DNA from: a virus
Length of the DNA stretch: 64,000 bases
Reading direction: 5' to 3' (one strand)
IMG/VR virus record: IMGVR_UViG_3300037993_001242
Location: 96,001 to 160,000 of that record
The notes under the pieces were generated by a model. It saw only the letters and a program-made list of their open reading frames with translations. It ran no database searches and had not been told where the DNA came from. Shown here piece after piece: positions 1 through 10,267 of the stretch (positions within the stretch are counted from its first letter, which is position 1; every line of letters starts with the position of its first letter). Both the position numbers and the translations under genes were made by a program.

Positions 1-1
1 G

Positions 2-574
2 GGAGCCGCCGAAATTGACGCTATCGATAATGATTTATCCGCCGGGGCCAAAAACTTCCTGCTGCCCTTTTTCAATTCCAAGACCAATCTCCAGCACCTA
101 AGCTTATACGACTTGCCGGGCAGCAAACTTTACGACGCCATCGTCTTCTTTGGCGTGCTCTACCACCTGCGCTATCCGTTCCGTGGCCTGCGCACCTTGG
201 TTGACAATCTAAAGATTGGCGGCACGCTTTTTATCGAAGGTGGATTTCTTTCCGAACCTTCGCTTCAACACCTTGAACTGCTGCATTGCCCGGTCGACAC
301 CAGCCCGTATGATCCTTCATCCTGCACCTTTTTCAATCCGTTGGCGCTCGACACCACCCTGCGGCACATGGGCTGTGAAAAAATCGAAGGAATGCAGTGG
401 TATGGAGCCGGACATCCGGTTGACCGAGGATTCGCCGTTTACCGCAAAGTCCGGGATCAATACTACGATTACTGGGAACCCGGCGGGAAACACACTTATC
501 ACACTCGCGCTGCCCACAGCCGGGAAGATTTTCAGCCGACGACGGCAGCACCTTATAAATCCGCCGCCAGTTAA
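2..574 (+). CDS. Class I SAM-dependent methyltransferase, CmoB/DUF1698-like (5' end outside window)
   Basis: Frame open from base 2; DAIVFFGVLYHLRYP and LKIGGTLFIEG match the C-terminal half of the Rossmann MTase fold. Confidence 0.7.
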   Translation, partial: GAAEIDAIDNDLSAGAKNFLLPFFNSKTNLQHLSLYDLPGSKLYDAIVFFGVLYHLRYPFRGLRTLVDNLKIGGTLFIEGGFLSEPSLQHLELLHCPVDTSPYDPSSCTFFNPLALDTTLRHMGCEKIEGMQWYGAGHPVDRGFAVYRKVRDQYYDYWEPGGKHTYHTRAAHSREDFQPTTAAPYKSAAS

Positions 575-577
575 AAA

Positions 578-2920
578 TCAATCTGTGTTGTTGTTGAGCA
601 CAATGTTGCCCAACTGAAGCAACTCGAAATCCGCTGCCGTGATCATGTTGGCGGCGTTGGCGGGAGTGTCCAAAGCCACCCGTGTTACGTAATCCACGCT
701 GGTCACCGCTTCCACCACGTCCGTAATACTGACGTTGGATGCCAGCACACCCGGCGCTCTGGCCGCGTAGACCGTGCCACCAATAGCCAAGCCATTACTC
801 CACGCCCGCAAGGCCGCCCGAATCTGTTGGCGTTCCGTAGCCGTGTTGTCACCCGTATAGCCAATGTATACATTGACCACGCGCAGGGCCGAATAGCCCT
901 GAGCCGTTATCAACTGCATCGTCAAATCGCCCGGCGCGCCGATCAACCACAGCGTGACCTGCCCCGTCAACAAGTTGACCACCGACGGGAAATTGTCGTC
1001 TGTCGTAATGTTCGTACCGAAAACGCGGGCCTGACCGGAAGCCACATACGGCACCACGGTCAATTGATTGGTGCCCAAAAACAACTCGAAGGCCCATGCT
1101 TGCAGCGGGAAAATCGGCAACTGCGCCGTGTACGGGCTGACCTGATTGCCGGACACGTCAGTATCCGGGTTGCCTGCTCCGTTGCGCATGATGTCGTAGA
1201 CGAAAGTATCCTGCGGCGGAGTAAACAGCGTCGTACTATTGGGCGCGATCAAATCCGACAGCGGCGTGGCCACGTTGAACGTCGACAGGCCAAAAACACC
1301 TTCCAGTGTCAGCATCAAATCGGAAAAAAGTAGCGTCTGACCGGGCACCAGACTGTTGATGAAAGCGGTAATGGCGCTGATCACGTTTTGCTGAACGTCC
1401 GCAACGGTGGAACCGGTCGTAACCTCAAAGCGCAGGGCCACCGGCACCGGCTGGTTCACGCCGTCAAAAATTTCGACCAAGTCCGTTCCCACCGCCTTAG
1501 TTTGCAAATAATCCTGAAGGGACAACTTCAACTGCGGCGTCAAGTTGACCAGACCACCGCCGGTGCCTGTCGTCCACGCGTAAATCACAACGATGTTGCC
1601 TTCCAGAAACGAGTTTTCAGAGCGAACGGCAGCGCGGGCAAAAGCCACGGAACCGGCCAACGGGTTGTTGAACTGCGACGCAAGGGCTTGATAATCGGCC
1701 AGCGTGACCGCCCGGTCATTAGTGCGCGTGTAAAACGGAATGTTGAGGCGCGCCTGCTCCAGCGTCTCCGCGTCTTGACCGCCAATACCGGTGGACGAGG
1801 CGTTGGTGATGGCCACCGGCACCGGATTGGACAGGCTGGTGACCAACCCGGTGATCGTCGTATTGATCGTATTCAGCCCGATGTTGCCCGTCACGCCACC
1901 GCCTACCCGGTACACAACAGCAATAGCCGCTTCGACCGGGATAACCGCACCAAAAGTGCCGTCGCCAAAAACAATGGCCGAGTTGCCGGAAACGTACGTT
2001 GTCACCTGATAAACCGTATCGGTAGCACTCCTGAAGTCCGTGGGCTTGACCTGCGTCCAAAGTTCGCCGTTGACGGTAACTTGAACCGAGTTATCAATAA
2101 CCGGTGTGCGACTCAACTTGATGGCATAGCTGGGCGTTACCGTGGCAGGGGCCACGAACATGTCGGTGATGGTCTGTCCCTGAACCAACTGAATGCGCTG
2201 CTCGTAAACCTGCGCAGCGAGGGTGCCTGTGGTTCCAGCAAAAGCACGATCCAGCACCATCCGCGTAAAATTGCTCGCCGCGCCCGGCGCATTTTCCAAA
2301 CCCTGAATCGTGTAAATGTTGATCGTGTCGCCCACCAGATTGAACGACTGGCCGGAGCTAACAAACTGTGAAAGGTCAATGCTCGAATCAACCAAATCAA
2401 CGTTGACTGAACCATTTACGACGGAAACAAAGCTGTTAATAACTTTGGCTCCGTTGATCAGCGGCGAGAAGGTCACCACTAGACTGCGCGGCGTCAAATT
2501 CCCGGCCAGAATCGTGTAGTCTCGCGCCGCTTCAAATGGAAGTCCTGAACCATCGGACGTGCGGATCAGCGTTCCTTTGGCGATTACCGTATCGGCAGAC
2601 TGCGCCGAGGTCAAGATCGCCTCACAGGAAACCGTCGCGGGAAGCGGACTGTGCAAATTGTAGCCAACCAGACTGCCCAAACGCACGGCGGACTCCCGCA
2701 AGGTCATCGTGGAGACGAAGTTCTCGGCTCCAATCCGGTTCAGCAGGAATGCCAGCGTGGCCAACCCCCACGCCACGATGTCCACAAGGACAATGCCGAA
2801 GCTGTTGGCCAGAAAATCATTCCAGTTGCGCGGCCAGCGGTCGCGAATGCGCTGCAACAAGGCGTCCTTGTGCGCCTGATAATCAACCTTCAAATACCGC
2901 AGTGTGCTTTCGGTGGCCAT
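578..2920 (-). CDS. Baseplate wedge protein, T4 gp6 / baseplate J-like
   Basis: N-terminal DYQAHKDALLQRIR...WNDFLANSFG...ENFVSTMTLRES, plus IVFGDGTFG, GGQDAETLEQAR and RAVTLADY motifs typical of gp6/J. Confidence 0.85.
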   Translation of the reverse strand: MATESTLRYLKVDYQAHKDALLQRIRDRWPRNWNDFLANSFGIVLVDIVAWGLATLAFLLNRIGAENFVSTMTLRESAVRLGSLVGYNLHSPLPATVSCEAILTSAQSADTVIAKGTLIRTSDGSGLPFEAARDYTILAGNLTPRSLVVTFSPLINGAKVINSFVSVVNGSVNVDLVDSSIDLSQFVSSGQSFNLVGDTINIYTIQGLENAPGAASNFTRMVLDRAFAGTTGTLAAQVYEQRIQLVQGQTITDMFVAPATVTPSYAIKLSRTPVIDNSVQVTVNGELWTQVKPTDFRSATDTVYQVTTYVSGNSAIVFGDGTFGAVIPVEAAIAVVYRVGGGVTGNIGLNTINTTITGLVTSLSNPVPVAITNASSTGIGGQDAETLEQARLNIPFYTRTNDRAVTLADYQALASQFNNPLAGSVAFARAAVRSENSFLEGNIVVIYAWTTGTGGGLVNLTPQLKLSLQDYLQTKAVGTDLVEIFDGVNQPVPVALRFEVTTGSTVADVQQNVISAITAFINSLVPGQTLLFSDLMLTLEGVFGLSTFNVATPLSDLIAPNSTTLFTPPQDTFVYDIMRNGAGNPDTDVSGNQVSPYTAQLPIFPLQAWAFELFLGTNQLTVVPYVASGQARVFGTNITTDDNFPSVVNLLTGQVTLWLIGAPGDLTMQLITAQGYSALRVVNVYIGYTGDNTATERQQIRAALRAWSNGLAIGGTVYAARAPGVLASNVSITDVVEAVTSVDYVTRVALDTPANAANMITAADFELLQLGNIVLNNNTD

Positions 2921-2921
2921 A

Positions 2922-3242
2922 TCAGAAATTGTAGTAATTCAACCGTTTCATTGCCCGGTATGCGTTTTTGGCACCAAGGGAACCGCGCCGCTCAATCGCC
3001 CGCTGAAGAATGGCCTGCGCGATGGACGCGTTGTCAAACGGAGACTGGCGGCGTTCACCCTGCAAGGTGCTAATGGTGCCATCCTTGACCAGTCGCTGAT
3101 AAAGCTCGCGGGCGTCACGGGTGATGTCATCGACTCCCTCGTCAAAATCGACGGTTTCCATGTACTGCGCAGCCACTGTGCGCGGATTAAATTCATCCGG
3201 GCCAGTTTCCAGCAAAGTGTCAACGACTACGCGGGCCGTCAT
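2922..3242 (-). CDS. LLE/DPD-leader protein (putative virion-internal cargo)
   Basis: Starts MTARVVVDTLLETGPDEFNPR; GTAGTTA 4 nt upstream. Confidence 0.75.
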   Translation of the reverse strand: MTARVVVDTLLETGPDEFNPRTVAAQYMETVDFDEGVDDITRDARELYQRLVKDGTISTLQGERRQSPFDNASIAQAILQRAIERRGSLGAKNAYRAMKRLNYYNF

Positions 3243-3249
3243 GCTCTAA

Positions 3250-3492
3250 CTACGCCCGTTGTAGCTGGAGCAGATCGATCAACAGATTGGACATTTCATC
3301 GGATGCCCGCTCGGCGTCTTCCTTGTAAATCGTACCCAAACGCTCGCTCAAATCCTGCAAACCAAACAACGTCCGCTCAGCGGCCTCCAGTTGAGCCAGT
3401 TGATGCGGGGAAAATAAGTTGTGCTTCCAGCGCAGCAAACTGCGGATGGCCATCGCCTGTTCATTCAGCGTGATTTGATTTTCCATGCCCAT
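3250..3492 (-). CDS. Hypothetical protein
   Basis: ATG placed just after the stop of the upstream gene; helical composition. Confidence 0.55.
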   Translation of the reverse strand: MGMENQITLNEQAMAIRSLLRWKHNLFSPHQLAQLEAAERTLFGLQDLSERLGTIYKEDAERASDEMSNLLIDLLQLQRA

Positions 3493-3502
3493 CAGAACAG
3501 AT

Positions 3503-3910
3503 TTACAACACAAATATACGACTGGAGCCGTTGTCCCACGCGATGGTGATCGGGTTGCCATTGGGCTGGAGCGGCAATCCGGCGACCGCCTTATCCAAAT
3601 AGGCAACCAGCGGTGAGTTGATGTCCGTACCCGTGTCGGAACACAAGACCACGGCGTTTACGACGCTGCCATACACGGTGCCAAAAGTCACGTCGTTGGC
3701 ATCCGCAACACCCAAGGAAGCCGTCCGGTTGGCCAGTGTGCCAGACACGGCAATGCGGGCGGCCAAGGGCACATCCGCCAACGTGGCATGGGCGGCAGAG
3801 TACGTGTAATCCGCCGTTCCCACCAGAACACAGACGATGGGATCGGTCAGCCAATTCAGCGTATTGCTGAGAAATCCTTCTTTTGCTGCTGGATAAATTG
3901 CGTCTGACAC
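3503..3910 (-). CDS. Conserved phage virion structural (tail-associated) protein
   Basis: DAIYPAAKE...YTYSAAH...ADANDVTF...PLVAYLD...GLPLQPNGNPITIAWDNG..IF resembles a widespread phage tail protein family; late motif upstream. Confidence 0.65.
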   Translation of the reverse strand: MSDAIYPAAKEGFLSNTLNWLTDPIVCVLVGTADYTYSAAHATLADVPLAARIAVSGTLANRTASLGVADANDVTFGTVYGSVVNAVVLCSDTGTDINSPLVAYLDKAVAGLPLQPNGNPITIAWDNGSSRIFVL

Positions 3911-3934
3911 AACTTAACTACGAATACGTTCTTT

Positions 3935-5563
3935 GTGGCGTATATGGCCAACGCGCCCTTGAATTATTTTCCGCTGCCGGTGCCCCGCAGCAAGCAAATC
4001 AGGAGTCTGGAGTTCATCCAGCGCGCACTGGATTTGAACTACACCGACATTGTTGTCGCCGCGCCCACGGGCATCGGCAAAACCGGGATCGGTGTGGCGG
4101 TCTGCCTCTGGGCGGCGCAGGGCACCGTGCCGAATTACAAAGCGGGCGGCTACTATCTGGTCACCCAAAAGCTTTTGCAGGATCAACTGGAGAACGATTT
4201 CCCGCGCTATTTGGTTCCCCACCGGGACAAGGGCTGCTCACTCAAATCCGCCATCGAATATGAGTGCCCCAAATACACGACTTGCATGGCCGGAAGCCGG
4301 ATGCCCGAAGGACTGCGCTGTCACGAGCGCGCCGCCGGTTTTTGCCTGTATACAATCCAAAAAGAAAGATTTTGCCGTGCGCCGGTGGCCATCACCAACT
4401 ACCCGTACTTTTTTACCGAACGCACATACGTCAAACAACTGGTGCCACGGGCCGTGCTGGTGGCCGACGAGTGCCACACGCTGGAAAAACAAATCCTCAA
4501 CTTCGTGGATGTTCATATCACCCGCGAATCACTGGAGGAATGGACGCCTTTTTTGCGCCCGGTGCCAGCCATGCCCACCATCGAGGAGTTTGCCGTCTGG
4601 CTCAAAACCAAGTACGTCGGCGCGGTTGAAGACCGCCTGTCCATTTTGCAGGAAAACCTGATCACCGACCACGCCAACCAAAAACTCCAGATCGAGTTCA
4701 ACAAGGCTGAAAATCATTTGAACCGGGTCAAGGCCGCCATTGTGGACATCCTGCGGGCACCTGACAACTGGGTGTACTGGCAGGAGGAAAAAGACGGTCA
4801 GTTGGAGAGCATCGCCAAGCCGCTGTTCGCCCAGTCTTTCGTCAAGCCGCTGCTTTTGGAACCGGCGCGCATCCGCATTTACATGTCGGCCTATCCGGGG
4901 CCAAAAAAGGTCTTTTGCCGCAATCTCGGCCTTGATCCGGCCAAAGTCGCCCGCCTCGACCTCAACAGCACATTCCACGTGGAACATCGTCCGATCCATC
5001 TGCTGCTTTGCGGCTCCATGGGCCGCAAAAGCATTGATGAAACGACGCCGCGCCTGCTGCGGGTAGCGGACAAAATTCTGGCGGCGCATCCCAACGAAAA
5101 AGGGCTGATCCACTGTCACAGCTACAAACTGGGCGACACCATCTTCAAGTATTTGAAAACGACCGAGCACGCCAAGCGCATCCTGTACCCGCGCAAAGCC
5201 GACGAGCGCGAGGAAGCTTTCAAAAAGCACACTGGGAACGGCGCGCCGACCGTCCTGCTCAGTCCCTCCATGACCGAAGGTTTCAGCCTCGATGACGATC
5301 TGGCCCGGTTCCAGATCATTGCCAAAATACCTTATCCCAATCTGGGAGACAAACAGGTCGAAGCCAAAAAGGACATCGATCAGGAATGGTATACCCTGCA
5401 AACCATCACTGCCATCGTACAGGCGTGTGGGCGCATCGTGCGCTCCGACACCGACCACGGCGTGACCTACGTGCTCGACGGCGATTTTATGCCCCTGTTT
5501 GAGAAAAATCCTGAGTTCTTTCCGAAGTGGTTCCAAGACGCTTTTGTCTGGCACAACCGATAA
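3935..5563 (+). CDS. dinG: DinG/YoaA-family ATP-dependent DNA helicase
   Basis: APTGIGKT, Cys cluster, DECH, SMTEGFSL and QACGRIVRSDTDHG motifs. Confidence 0.9.
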   Translation: MAYMANAPLNYFPLPVPRSKQIRSLEFIQRALDLNYTDIVVAAPTGIGKTGIGVAVCLWAAQGTVPNYKAGGYYLVTQKLLQDQLENDFPRYLVPHRDKGCSLKSAIEYECPKYTTCMAGSRMPEGLRCHERAAGFCLYTIQKERFCRAPVAITNYPYFFTERTYVKQLVPRAVLVADECHTLEKQILNFVDVHITRESLEEWTPFLRPVPAMPTIEEFAVWLKTKYVGAVEDRLSILQENLITDHANQKLQIEFNKAENHLNRVKAAIVDILRAPDNWVYWQEEKDGQLESIAKPLFAQSFVKPLLLEPARIRIYMSAYPGPKKVFCRNLGLDPAKVARLDLNSTFHVEHRPIHLLLCGSMGRKSIDETTPRLLRVADKILAAHPNEKGLIHCHSYKLGDTIFKYLKTTEHAKRILYPRKADEREEAFKKHTGNGAPTVLLSPSMTEGFSLDDDLARFQIIAKIPYPNLGDKQVEAKKDIDQEWYTLQTITAIVQACGRIVRSDTDHGVTYVLDGDFMPLFEKNPEFFPKWFQDAFVWHNR

Positions 5564-5568
5564 AACCT

Positions 5569-6090
5569 ATGCAAACCGAACAGGATCAAGTCAAATACCT
5601 AATGTCGCACTCTCAGCAGGAAACACCTGATCGACCGACAGTACCGTCAAAAGCTGTCCGCGTGGGCAGGCTCAAATGGCTGGCCGAAGAATTGTGCGAA
5701 CTGGCCAACGCATGGGGCATTGAATTCGACCTCAACAACACCGGCGGTACAACTGATAATTTCACGGCATGGCCCGCTCCGAAGCCCTTGTTCAAGGAAG
5801 ACTCCGTCGAAGCCATCGTCGAAGCTTACGACGCCAGTCTTGATCTGATTGTTTTTGCCGTCGGCAACGGCGTCGCCATGGGTGCGGACTTGCAGCCCGG
5901 TTGGGATGAAGTCCACCGTTCCAATGTCAGCAAATTTACCGACGGTTGGATGCGCGTGCGCGAAGATGGAAAGTGGATAAAAGGCCCCAACTACAGTGCC
6001 CCTCAGTTGGGCGTCTTAATCAACCGCCAAATCGAAACCGCCAAAGCCAAGGACAAACAGTTACTGCTGGAAAGTCAGCCGCCGACCTGA
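5569..6090 (+). CDS. MazG-like NTP pyrophosphohydrolase (PRA-PH/DR2231-like)
   Basis: EELCEL, EAYDASLDLIVFAVG, WDEVHRSNVSK, REDGKWIKGPNYSAP. Confidence 0.85.
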   Translation: MQTEQDQVKYLMSHSQQETPDRPTVPSKAVRVGRLKWLAEELCELANAWGIEFDLNNTGGTTDNFTAWPAPKPLFKEDSVEAIVEAYDASLDLIVFAVGNGVAMGADLQPGWDEVHRSNVSKFTDGWMRVREDGKWIKGPNYSAPQLGVLINRQIETAKAKDKQLLLESQPPT

Positions 6091-6144
6091 CGTATACACG
6101 TGTAGGCTACCGGCAACTCGGACGGCCCGCGTAATTAAGCTGAG

Positions 6145-7014
6145 ATGCTTATGCGAAAAAACCTGCTTGAATTTCTGTTCGGCGAAGTAGCCGTTCGCCA
6201 GACAAGCGCTGATCTTGGCGAAAATATCGTCAAAATCTTCGAGGAAGCGGACGAACTGGAGGCCGTGCAAATGGTCGCCAACAAAAAGCCGCTGGCGGAC
6301 GCGCTCAAGTCCATCGGCATTGGCCAAGCCGTCGAAGCTGGATACCAGATGGCGGAAGTCAAATTTACCGATGCCGAAGCCTATCGGGCCGCCGTCCAGT
6401 TGCTTTCCGAGCCGGAAAACATCCACAAACTGGCCGAACTGGGCTGGGTCGCCACGCGGGGTGACGGCGATATTGCCCAGACCAATGAACCGCCGGAATA
6501 CAAAATGAATTTTGTCGAAATCAGCGTGGCCTCCGAGCTTGACAACAAGCAGGAAGCTCCTGATCTCGAAAAAGTGCTCAAAAAGGGACAGGAGTTTGCC
6601 GCAACCCCCGTGGACAGAGACGATGATCTCAACCCGGTGGACAACACCCGGTCGGACAAGAAGGGCGAAAAACAGGCGGGCGTGGGCAAAGCCAAAGAGG
6701 GCGAAGACCCGGAAGGCAAACCCAAAGGATCAACCAAAAAGACGGAGTCCCGGAAGGCGGCTGAATTGGCCAACGAACTTCTGGAATCACCCGACGTGAG
6801 CGAATGCGTCCTCGGCAGCAAACGCAAGCAAGCTCCCTTTTTTCGCACCGACCATAACCTCGGCAAAAAGAAGAAAAAGGTGAGCGAAACCACCATGGCT
6901 TCCGCCATCGCTCCGGTTGAGACCGGCATGGGCGTCCAAAAAACTTGGAACTCCCGGCTCGCTCGGCTACGCAGACGCCGCGATCCCAAAGGCATTGAAA
7001 AACGCGAAGAATAA
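6145..7014 (+). CDS. Hypothetical charged protein, possible prohead core/scaffold
   Basis: Late motif GTAATTA upstream; charged C-terminal half with internal TESRKAAELANELLES. Confidence 0.6.
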   Translation: MLMRKNLLEFLFGEVAVRQTSADLGENIVKIFEEADELEAVQMVANKKPLADALKSIGIGQAVEAGYQMAEVKFTDAEAYRAAVQLLSEPENIHKLAELGWVATRGDGDIAQTNEPPEYKMNFVEISVASELDNKQEAPDLEKVLKKGQEFAATPVDRDDDLNPVDNTRSDKKGEKQAGVGKAKEGEDPEGKPKGSTKKTESRKAAELANELLESPDVSECVLGSKRKQAPFFRTDHNLGKKKKKVSETTMASAIAPVETGMGVQKTWNSRLARLRRRRDPKGIEKREE

Positions 7015-7022
7015 CGCCGTCC

Positions 7023-7640
7023 ATGAACACATTTCACGACTACGAAAGCATGGGCTGCGTGGACTTTGACCGCCACAATGCCGTCGTGCTTGAAACGTAT
7101 TCCGGTGTGGACATCATCAAGTGGCACGGGCGTATCACCGATCAGTTGGTCGGGATGGTAGAAGAAGCTGAAAAAGGCCGCAATTTCCCGTATGCCGACA
7201 AAGTCCGGGAATTCCTGAAGGCGTGGCGCGCCAACGAAATCACCGGCTCCATCAACCGCGAAACTCTCGAAATCCTCAAAGCGGCGGCGGACATGCTGGC
7301 CGTGGACAACTGGAATTTCCGTTCCTATTTTTCCAGTCTGGCCACTCAGTTGAAGGTCTTGATTGGCTCCGAAGAGCAGCTTCCTCGCGACGTGGATATG
7401 GCGCAAAACGAGCCGCTGGCCGGTACTGGCGGCGCTGGACGCGGCGCTCCGCCCATGTCACCCACCTTTGGGCCGGAGGGCAAGCCGGAAGACGAAATTC
7501 CACCCGGCGGTGCTGCTCCCGATGAAGGCGGCGCACCCGGCGCAGCGCCTCCCGGTGAAGGCCCCGTCCCACCCGGTGAGGAAGATGAAGAAGAAAAAAA
7601 GAAAAAACTGCCCGGTGAGGAGGCCATTGCCAGTGCATGA
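7023..7640 (+). CDS. Hypothetical protein with Pro/Gly/Glu-rich tail
   Basis: ORF in a tightly coupled cluster. Confidence 0.6.
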   Translation: MNTFHDYESMGCVDFDRHNAVVLETYSGVDIIKWHGRITDQLVGMVEEAEKGRNFPYADKVREFLKAWRANEITGSINRETLEILKAAADMLAVDNWNFRSYFSSLATQLKVLIGSEEQLPRDVDMAQNEPLAGTGGAGRGAPPMSPTFGPEGKPEDEIPPGGAAPDEGGAPGAAPPGEGPVPPGEEDEEEKKKKLPGEEAIASA

Positions 7641-7933
7641 ACCGCGCTCAACAGTTAGTCCGAAAGCTGGTTGAAGCTGGCCCTGACGAACTTCGCCCCA
7701 AAGGTGAAGTACTGCGCCTTCCTGATCCTGTTCCAGAAATCTATTACGTTGATCCCGAAAACGAAGAGGCTGGTTTAAGCTGGCACAATGATTTGGCCAG
7801 ACAGTTAAATCGTTTATCCGGCTTGACCGAAAGGCTCAAACGCGCCAACCAGAATCAAGACGCAGCCGACCTCGCTGAAATCATCGAGCGCGTTGCTGAG
7901 TTTGAAAATGTGGGCAAGGTTCAGCAACAATGA
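7637..7933 (+). CDS. LLE/DPD-leader protein
   Basis: MNRAQQLVRKLVEAGPDELRPK; ATGA overlap with upstream gene. Confidence 0.75.
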   Translation: MNRAQQLVRKLVEAGPDELRPKGEVLRLPDPVPEIYYVDPENEEAGLSWHNDLARQLNRLSGLTERLKRANQNQDAADLAEIIERVAEFENVGKVQQQ

Positions 7934-8262
7934 CGCGTGCCCAACACATTGTATACGATCTGCTGGAAGCTGACCCGGATGAAGTTGATCCACAGCATTA
8001 CGTAGATGCGGTTTACGGCGAAGTCACCCGTGGCGAAGTTAACGCGATTTCGGCCATGACGGCGAATATGTTTTATCATCGCACCGCCACAACTAGAGAC
8101 GGCAAATCGCCGCTGCGTGCCCGCCGGAATGGCCGAACCAAGACGTGGAAGCGCCAACCGGGCGTTTTTCGCATCCCGGTCAAATATGGCCTGTACGATT
8201 ACTTTTACATCGACAACAACAATGCTGACGAATGGTCAACCATCCCCAATCCGCCCAAATGA
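7930..8262 (+). CDS. LLE/DPD-leader protein with basic phage domain
   Basis: MTRAQHIVYDLLEADPDEVDPQHY, then RRNGRTKTWKRQPGVFRIPVKYGLY. Confidence 0.75.
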   Translation: MTRAQHIVYDLLEADPDEVDPQHYVDAVYGEVTRGEVNAISAMTANMFYHRTATTRDGKSPLRARRNGRTKTWKRQPGVFRIPVKYGLYDYFYIDNNNADEWSTIPNPPK

Positions 8263-8573
8263 AAGCCAAACAGCTAGTCGCCACCCTGCTGGAGCAGCAA
8301 CCCGATCCTGATGCGCTCCCGGCCAAGGCCGAGGCCCATCGGCTGATCGGTCAAACGCTTTACATGCTCGTGCTGTACAGCCAGCGCGACGATATGATCG
8401 CGGTGGATGCGCACAACCTCTCCCTTGAGCAAGTTGGCGTTGAAGTCACCAAATGGCGCGCTAAGGGTATGCCTGCCTTCAGGCAGGAGCAGCAAGAAGC
8501 GCACGATGACTCATTTGAACCGGAGGATTGTCCGCAGTGCGACGAAGAAATAAAACGGATAACACAACAGTAG
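8259..8573 (+). CDS. LLE-leader protein
   Basis: MKAKQLVATLLEQQPDPD; ATG at 8259 overlaps the upstream stop. Confidence 0.7.
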   Translation: MKAKQLVATLLEQQPDPDALPAKAEAHRLIGQTLYMLVLYSQRDDMIAVDAHNLSLEQVGVEVTKWRAKGMPAFRQEQQEAHDDSFEPEDCPQCDEEIKRITQQ

Positions 8574-8586
8574 TTAAGGTCAGACT

Positions 8587-9192
8587 ATGAAAACGACACA
8601 GGAAATTGCCCAGACAATTTTGGATCGGCGCAACCGGATGAACCCGGTCATCATGAACGGCGAAATGATCGCCTCACTGGGCGCGGAAGGGATGCAGGAA
8701 GCCCTCCAGCGCCGCTGGCTCGTCCCGGACACCGACACCGGCCACCTGCAAGTTTCCAATGATCTGGCCGCCGTGGAAGAACTGCGCACTGCCGCCGGGA
8801 CACCGGCTCTCAAGCAGGTGGAAAGCGTTGTCGTAGACGCGACCCACAACATTGCCTTGTCCCATGCCCACCGCAATATCGACGAATTGCTGGCTCCCGG
8901 AACCGGCCACGACAACAGCGCCCCTTTCAGGCCGCGAACTCCTAATTCACCGGTTGCCAGTCCGGCTGCTCCAGCAGCCCCTGCTGCCGCCGCTGCACCC
9001 GGCGCTGCACCTGCTGCTGCTGGAATCGGTGACGAAGTGCTGGTCGCCGAAGGTGGTAAAACCTACATGGGCACCATCGGCGCAGTTGGCAACGACGGCA
9101 AATTCAAGCTGACTTTCGGCATGGAGAAACCGCCGATGACTCGCGACTACAGCCCGAACGAATTCAAAGTTACAAAAAAGGCGACGCCTTGA
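8587..9192 (+). CDS. Hypothetical late protein with Ala/Pro linker and C-terminal SH3/KOW-like domain
   Basis: GTAGTTA upstream; AAPAAPAAAAAPG linker; GDEVLVAEGGKTYMGTI. Confidence 0.6.
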   Translation: MKTTQEIAQTILDRRNRMNPVIMNGEMIASLGAEGMQEALQRRWLVPDTDTGHLQVSNDLAAVEELRTAAGTPALKQVESVVVDATHNIALSHAHRNIDELLAPGTGHDNSAPFRPRTPNSPVASPAAPAAPAAAAAPGAAPAAAGIGDEVLVAEGGKTYMGTIGAVGNDGKFKLTFGMEKPPMTRDYSPNEFKVTKKATP

Positions 9193-10263
9193 GTGAACGC
9201 AAAGGACATTGTCATCCTCGTTTGCGAGAAGAAAGCTCCAGCCCCCTACTGGTCGCACACTCGCGGCATCTACGCTGACCTCTCCGAGTGGCCGCGCCAC
9301 ATCGATTACTACGTAAAATGCCCAGAATGCGGTAACGTTCATGGTTTTTACAAAAGCCTCGCTGACGCCCGGAGCAAGCGGCTGTGCCAGAACTGCGATC
9401 ACGACCGCGTTGAAAAGCTCAAAAAGGAAATCGCCAAGGTAACGGAAAACGAACAGCCGCCGGTGCCGTTTGACCCTGATCTCCCAGTCAATCCCAAAGC
9501 CGAAATTAAACGCTATATTGGCGCGGACTGGATCGATCTGGCCAAATGGGAACTTTCAAAAGATTTGGGCGAAGAGCTTGTGTTCGACCCTGACCACTAC
9601 ACAAACAAGGATATAGACCCTGAGCTTCCAGACGATTACGTCAAAGTTACTTTTAAAGCGATTGACAGCGATATAAATTACATCGTATACAAGACCGAAG
9701 GTGACGCCGAGAAAGAAGCGCTGGAAGACCTTAAAAACAGTTTTGAGGATGAACCTGATACCTATTCGGAATGGCTGATTAACTTTATCGACACGGATAA
9801 ACTTCGTGACACACTTATGTCAGACGAAGAAAACATGATCCGGGAGCAATTCGAGGAAGAGCATTCCGATTACGAAGACAAAGCCAAAGCCATGGTTGAA
9901 GCTGGCAAGTTGGATGAAGATTCGTTCTTCAAACTTAATGGTGAATTTCGTAAATTAACACCGCAACGCGAGCGTCTGATTGATCTGGCTGTGGATGAAT
10001 GGGTTGAAGAAAGCGCTAAAGACCGTTTGAGCGATCCGGTTGAGTACATGAAAGAATTGGGTTGGGGTGACAGGACTGAAACCGACCGGTATACAGGTAG
10101 AAAAATTCCTTCCATGTTTGAGCAAATAAAAGACTGGGGTGCGCTGGACTATGAAAAAGCTGCCGAACAGGCCGTTGCGGCTGATGGCTGGCAGCACAGT
10201 CTTTCAAGATATGATGGCAAATCAATTAACCTGCCCGGTGGATCAGTGGCAATAAGAGAATAA
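9193..10263 (+). CDS. Hypothetical protein with Zn-ribbon and acidic domain
   Basis: CPECG...CQNC; internal FDPDLPVNPK resembling the DPD motif. Confidence 0.65.
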   Translation: MNAKDIVILVCEKKAPAPYWSHTRGIYADLSEWPRHIDYYVKCPECGNVHGFYKSLADARSKRLCQNCDHDRVEKLKKEIAKVTENEQPPVPFDPDLPVNPKAEIKRYIGADWIDLAKWELSKDLGEELVFDPDHYTNKDIDPELPDDYVKVTFKAIDSDINYIVYKTEGDAEKEALEDLKNSFEDEPDTYSEWLINFIDTDKLRDTLMSDEENMIREQFEEEHSDYEDKAKAMVEAGKLDEDSFFKLNGEFRKLTPQRERLIDLAVDEWVEESAKDRLSDPVEYMKELGWGDRTETDRYTGRKIPSMFEQIKDWGALDYEKAAEQAVAADGWQHSLSRYDGKSINLPGGSVAIRE

Positions 10264-10267
10264 ATTT